A stretch of DNA of 64,000 nt from Eledone cirrhosa (Eukaryota). Below the pieces are notes generated by a model. It searched no databases, was not told where the DNA came from, and saw nothing but the letters and a program-made list of their open reading frames with translations. Numbering within the stretch: position 1 is the first letter of the stretch; the number at the start of each line of letters is the position of its first letter. Location of the stretch: the NCBI GenBank assembly GCA_964016885.1, contig OZ024740.1, positions 285,448,001 to 285,512,000 on the forward strand, read 5' to 3'. The position numbers were made by a program, and so were the translations under genes. Of the stretch, positions 60,884-64,000 are shown piece by piece.

Positions 60884-61310
60884 GCGCAAACCACTCGTGA
60901 GGAGGGAGCGCATATATATATATATATTTAACGAAGGGTATTAGTAAGAAGTTATTAAATTGATTAACACGGTTATTAGATGAAATAACAATAATAATAA
61001 GAATAAATCTAATAACGAGAAAATAAATGATTTGGTGTATATATGGTTTACTTCACGTGAATCAGTTAAAAAGTACATATAAAAACAGTTACCAAGAGTT
61101 GTTAAGGTTGACAATGTTTTTGATGTGAAAACAGCGAGCAAACAGATAATGTTGTTGTTGTTATTTGGAGTCCATGGTAGTAATTCTGAGACCGTTGCGA
61201 GTAAGAGAGAGTAATGATTTGTATACCTCTGAATGGTCTGTAATTGGTTGTAGACCACTGTGGCTTGTACATGGTCTGTAGTAGTAGGGCTCCAATCTCT
61301 CTGTGTGTAT

Positions 61311-61807
61311 CTGTAGACCTCATGGGGTCTGTTTGATAGTGATGAATCTTTCACATAGCTAGTTCTGTAGTGGGGTGCTCCGATGTCTCTGGCTTTCTGT
61401 AGACCACTGGGGTCTGTTGGTAGCAGTGAATCCTTACATAGTTAGTTGCTAGCGTAATGCTCCGATGTCTCTGGCTTTCTGTAGACCACTGGGGTCTGTT
61501 GGTAGCAGTGAATCCTTACATAGTTAGTTGCTAGCGTAATGCTCCGATGTCTCTGGCTTTCTGTAGACCTCATGGGGTCTGTTGATAGTGGTGAATCTTT
61601 CACATAGCTAGTTCTGTAGTGGGGTGCTCCGATGTCTCTCGCTTTCTGTAGACCACTGGGGTCTGTTGGTAGCAGTGAATCCTTACATAGTTAGTTGCTA
61701 GCGTAATGCTCCGATGTCTCTGGCTTTCTGTAGACCTCATGGGGTCTGTTGATAGTGGTGAATCTTTCACATAGCTTGTTCTGTAGTGGGGTGCTCCGAT
61801 GTCTCTG
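61311..61807. repeat. Minisatellite of two 82-86 bp unit types, order A-B-B-A-B-A
   Basis: Units start with ctgtagacc at 61311, 61397, 61479, 61561, 61646 and 61728, and share tgctccgatgtctct. Confidence 0.95.
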
Positions 61808-61959
61808 TGTAAACGTGGGATGATAAAGGCTTTATATACCTGTCGCTTCCGCCTCCCACCTTGAGGGGATAGCCAACGCATCAACCTGTTCACACCAAAA
61901 GGGTGGTGACCTAGAATTTGACCTTTAGGTGTCACCCAAGGTTCAAAGCACTGTTTGTT

Positions 61960-62050
61960 GTCTGCATTTCCCTGATTATCGAAATAAAAGGCACGCCAAC
62001 GCAACCTTTTAATGAGCGCGTCTGTTTTCTGTATCAGGAGTACTTCAGCT
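61960..62050 (-). mobile_element. Penelope-like element ORF N-terminal remnant
   Basis: LLIQKTDALIKRLRWRAFYFD matches the block typical of Penelope-like ORF starts (LI.K.E..IKRMRWKA.FF), recognised from memory. Confidence 0.65.
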
Positions 62051-62218
62051 ATACCATTTACGTGGTTTTGTCTTTGCGTGCAATTGTTCTCCCCGATCCA
62101 CACATGACGTATTATCTTCGTTTTTTCCGTTCATTGCCAGAGAACGTCTCCACGATCTTTTATACCATAAACGTGGTTTTGTCTTTGCGTGTAATTGCTT
62201 TTCACTGCTCCAAATAAT

Positions 62219-62314
62219 TGTTTCTACTTTTGGCACAAGGCCAGCAATTACCCAGTGTATTACTGGTACTTTATTTTACCGACCCCGTAAGGATGAAAGG
62301 CAAAGTTAACCTCG
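62219..62314 (-). mobile_element. 5'-truncated young SINE with a TSD of about 12 bp
   Basis: Flanked by gctccaaataat at 62207-62218 and 62315-62326; it interrupts the second unit of a local ~110-bp duplication. Confidence 0.9.
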
Positions 62315-62419
62315 GCTCCAAATAATGACGTATTATATTAGTTTTTTTTCCGTTCTTTGCCAGGGAACGTTTCCACGAACCAAAGTATCGTCTTCCTGTC
62401 TTCCTCCGGTTGCAACGTT

Positions 62420-62596
62420 TTTTGAAATATTTACTTCTGCGTTCACAGATTGACTTTGTTAGTTTCAGAAGATCCTGTTAAGGGTGAAAGCAGCGATTCT
62501 TTGCTTAAACTTTAATCTGTTATTTTAATAAATATTTGCTCTACGGTTCTTATATATTTGATATATATTTATCCTTATCGAACCCTCTTTGGATTT
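62420..62596. mobile_element. Rearranged fragments of the Helitron-like family at 3538-4127
   Basis: 62420-62530 matches about 3856-3964 directly; 62550-62590 matches about 4045-4083 in reverse. Confidence 0.7.
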
Positions 62597-62618
62597 TAGT
62601 CTTCAAATTTATTATTAT

Positions 62619-62682
<64 letters not shown>

Positions 62683-63159
62683 TAGAGAGGAGAGGAAAGG
62701 GAGAAAGAGTTCTGATTTTGAATTCTGTCGAGGTAAATTCTTTAGGAACAGATGATACGTATGAGTAAGAAGTAACACTCCAACTAACGGAGTTCCGTTT
62801 AACCCATGGAGAAACGGATGTAATATAATGTTGATGATGATGCGGTATTTTCATCTTTACTCATTGACGACACTCATAATTCCTTTCCCCTGTCCTATAT
62901 ATTGTTTCTAGTCAAACCAATTTACTATATGAATATGCTCTGCTGAAAAGATCTGAAATTGTAACATGTTCATTGTGGTATGAAGACAATATTCACCCCT
63001 ACATTGTGCAAGAAAATTGGATTAGCTCAGAGTATAGTGCTTTTCAGAACTTGAGCCCTTCTCCAACTTAGGAGGGAGTTAAGGTCTTGAAACTGCGACG
63101 ATTGGATATATTTTCCACGCGCCATACTTAGAATTTAAGAATCTGCTTGTATATACTAA

Positions 63160-63352
63160 CCATATATATTCGAATATAAGCCAACCCTATTTTATGACTG
63201 AGAACTGGGCATAAATCCAAACCCTGTTTATAAGTTGAGGCAGCTAATCAACATATTGTTTAGATGTTGTGTATATATACCCCGACCCCCACCCCATTTT
63301 ACCATCGATTTTTTGGACACATATTCCTCGGATTATATTCGAGTATATACGG
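63160..63352. mobile_element. Short pogo-like MITE
   Basis: ccatatatattcgaatataagcc...ggattatattcgagtatatacgg|TA. Confidence 0.75.
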
Positions 63353-63369
63353 TATATCAGTTGTAGCAT

Positions 63370-63450
63370 TTTACTGGTACTTGTTTTATCACACTCAAAA
63401 GGACGAAAGACAAAGTTGATCCTGGTAGGATTTGAACTCGGGATATAAAA
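63370..63450 (-). mobile_element. SINE core fragment
   Basis: actggtacttgttttatc...ggacgaaagacaaagttgatcctggtaggatttgaactc. Confidence 0.7.
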
Positions 63451-63749
63451 AATATAACTAAACCCTTTCGTGATTATATTTCAATTAGTTGATGAAGAAT
63501 TTTGAGGATTTAATAAAATTATGAATTATTTATTACTATGATGGTAACTTAACATATATTCGTTATATAAAATTATGTTGGATGTTCCAACATAATTTTT
63601 TTAAAAAATAGGAACCCTTAAAATTGGTTGGATTTGTTTCAAAGAACCAGAGTCAGTTTCGGCTGGGTTAGCATCAAAAGGATTAAACACAATAAGGAAT
63701 GTTCTACCCATCCATCCATAATAGCAACATCAATTTGTCATCTTTATTT

Positions 63750-64000
63750 TGAGAGGAAAAACCCAGTGCCCTCCCACAACATGCTCCCCCCACAACACTA
63801 ATATCAAGAAGTCTTCTTGTGAACGTGATCTGGGCATTACTGTCAGCAGCGATTTGCGTTGGACAAAGCATATCTCTAAAATTGTCAAGAAGGCCGAGGG
63901 TGTTTTGGCATCACTCAGCAAGACCTTGGTCAGCCGCTCTCCAGATATCTATTTAAAGCTGTATATAGCTAAAGTACGGCCACACTTAGAATTTGCATCA
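63750..64000 (+). mobile_element. CR1 LINE fragment running off the window end
   Basis: IKKSSCERDLGITVSSDLRWTKHISKIVKKAEGVLASLSKTLVSRSPDIYLKLYIAKVRPHLEFAS; near-identical to the reverse complement of 9485-9680. Confidence 0.92.

Noticed and set aside
61311-61807. CRISPR array
   Set aside because: The would-be spacers are only two recurring, mutually related sequences, there are no cas genes, and the context is eukaryotic; it is a minisatellite.

Overview
This is AT-rich, microsatellite- and repeat-rich eukaryotic DNA. The repeat landscape (RTE LINEs with (GAT)n tails, tRNA-type SINEs, Penelope remnants) suggests a mollusc, probably an octopus; that assignment is inference. The window holds the 3' part of one + strand gene, a heat shock transcription factor (HSF1-like). 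Nine coding exons, labelled A-I here (4266-46760), splice through canonical GT-AG sites with matching phases into a 1122-nt frame (373 aa + stop). They cover HR-A/B, the regulatory region, HR-C and the C-terminal region; the DNA-binding-domain exons must lie upstream of the window. Introns and the downstream flank contain RTE LINEs (one near-full-length dead copy and several fragments), CR1, CRE and Penelope remnants, SINEs, pogo- and piggyBac-type MITEs, a Helitron-like element, foldbacks and minisatellites. The most notable observations are: (1) a type I hammerhead ribozyme and a second degenerate copy in a Penelope-derived region; (2) a C4HC3 PHD-type finger embedded inside the RTE reverse transcriptase and conserved at protein level between two subfamilies; (3) long inverted LINE/MITE pairs around the weakly spliced 55-nt exon H, whose skipping would give a truncated HSF that should escape NMD. 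Repeat boundaries and identities were judged by eye and are approximate. No prokaryotic-type system was seen.
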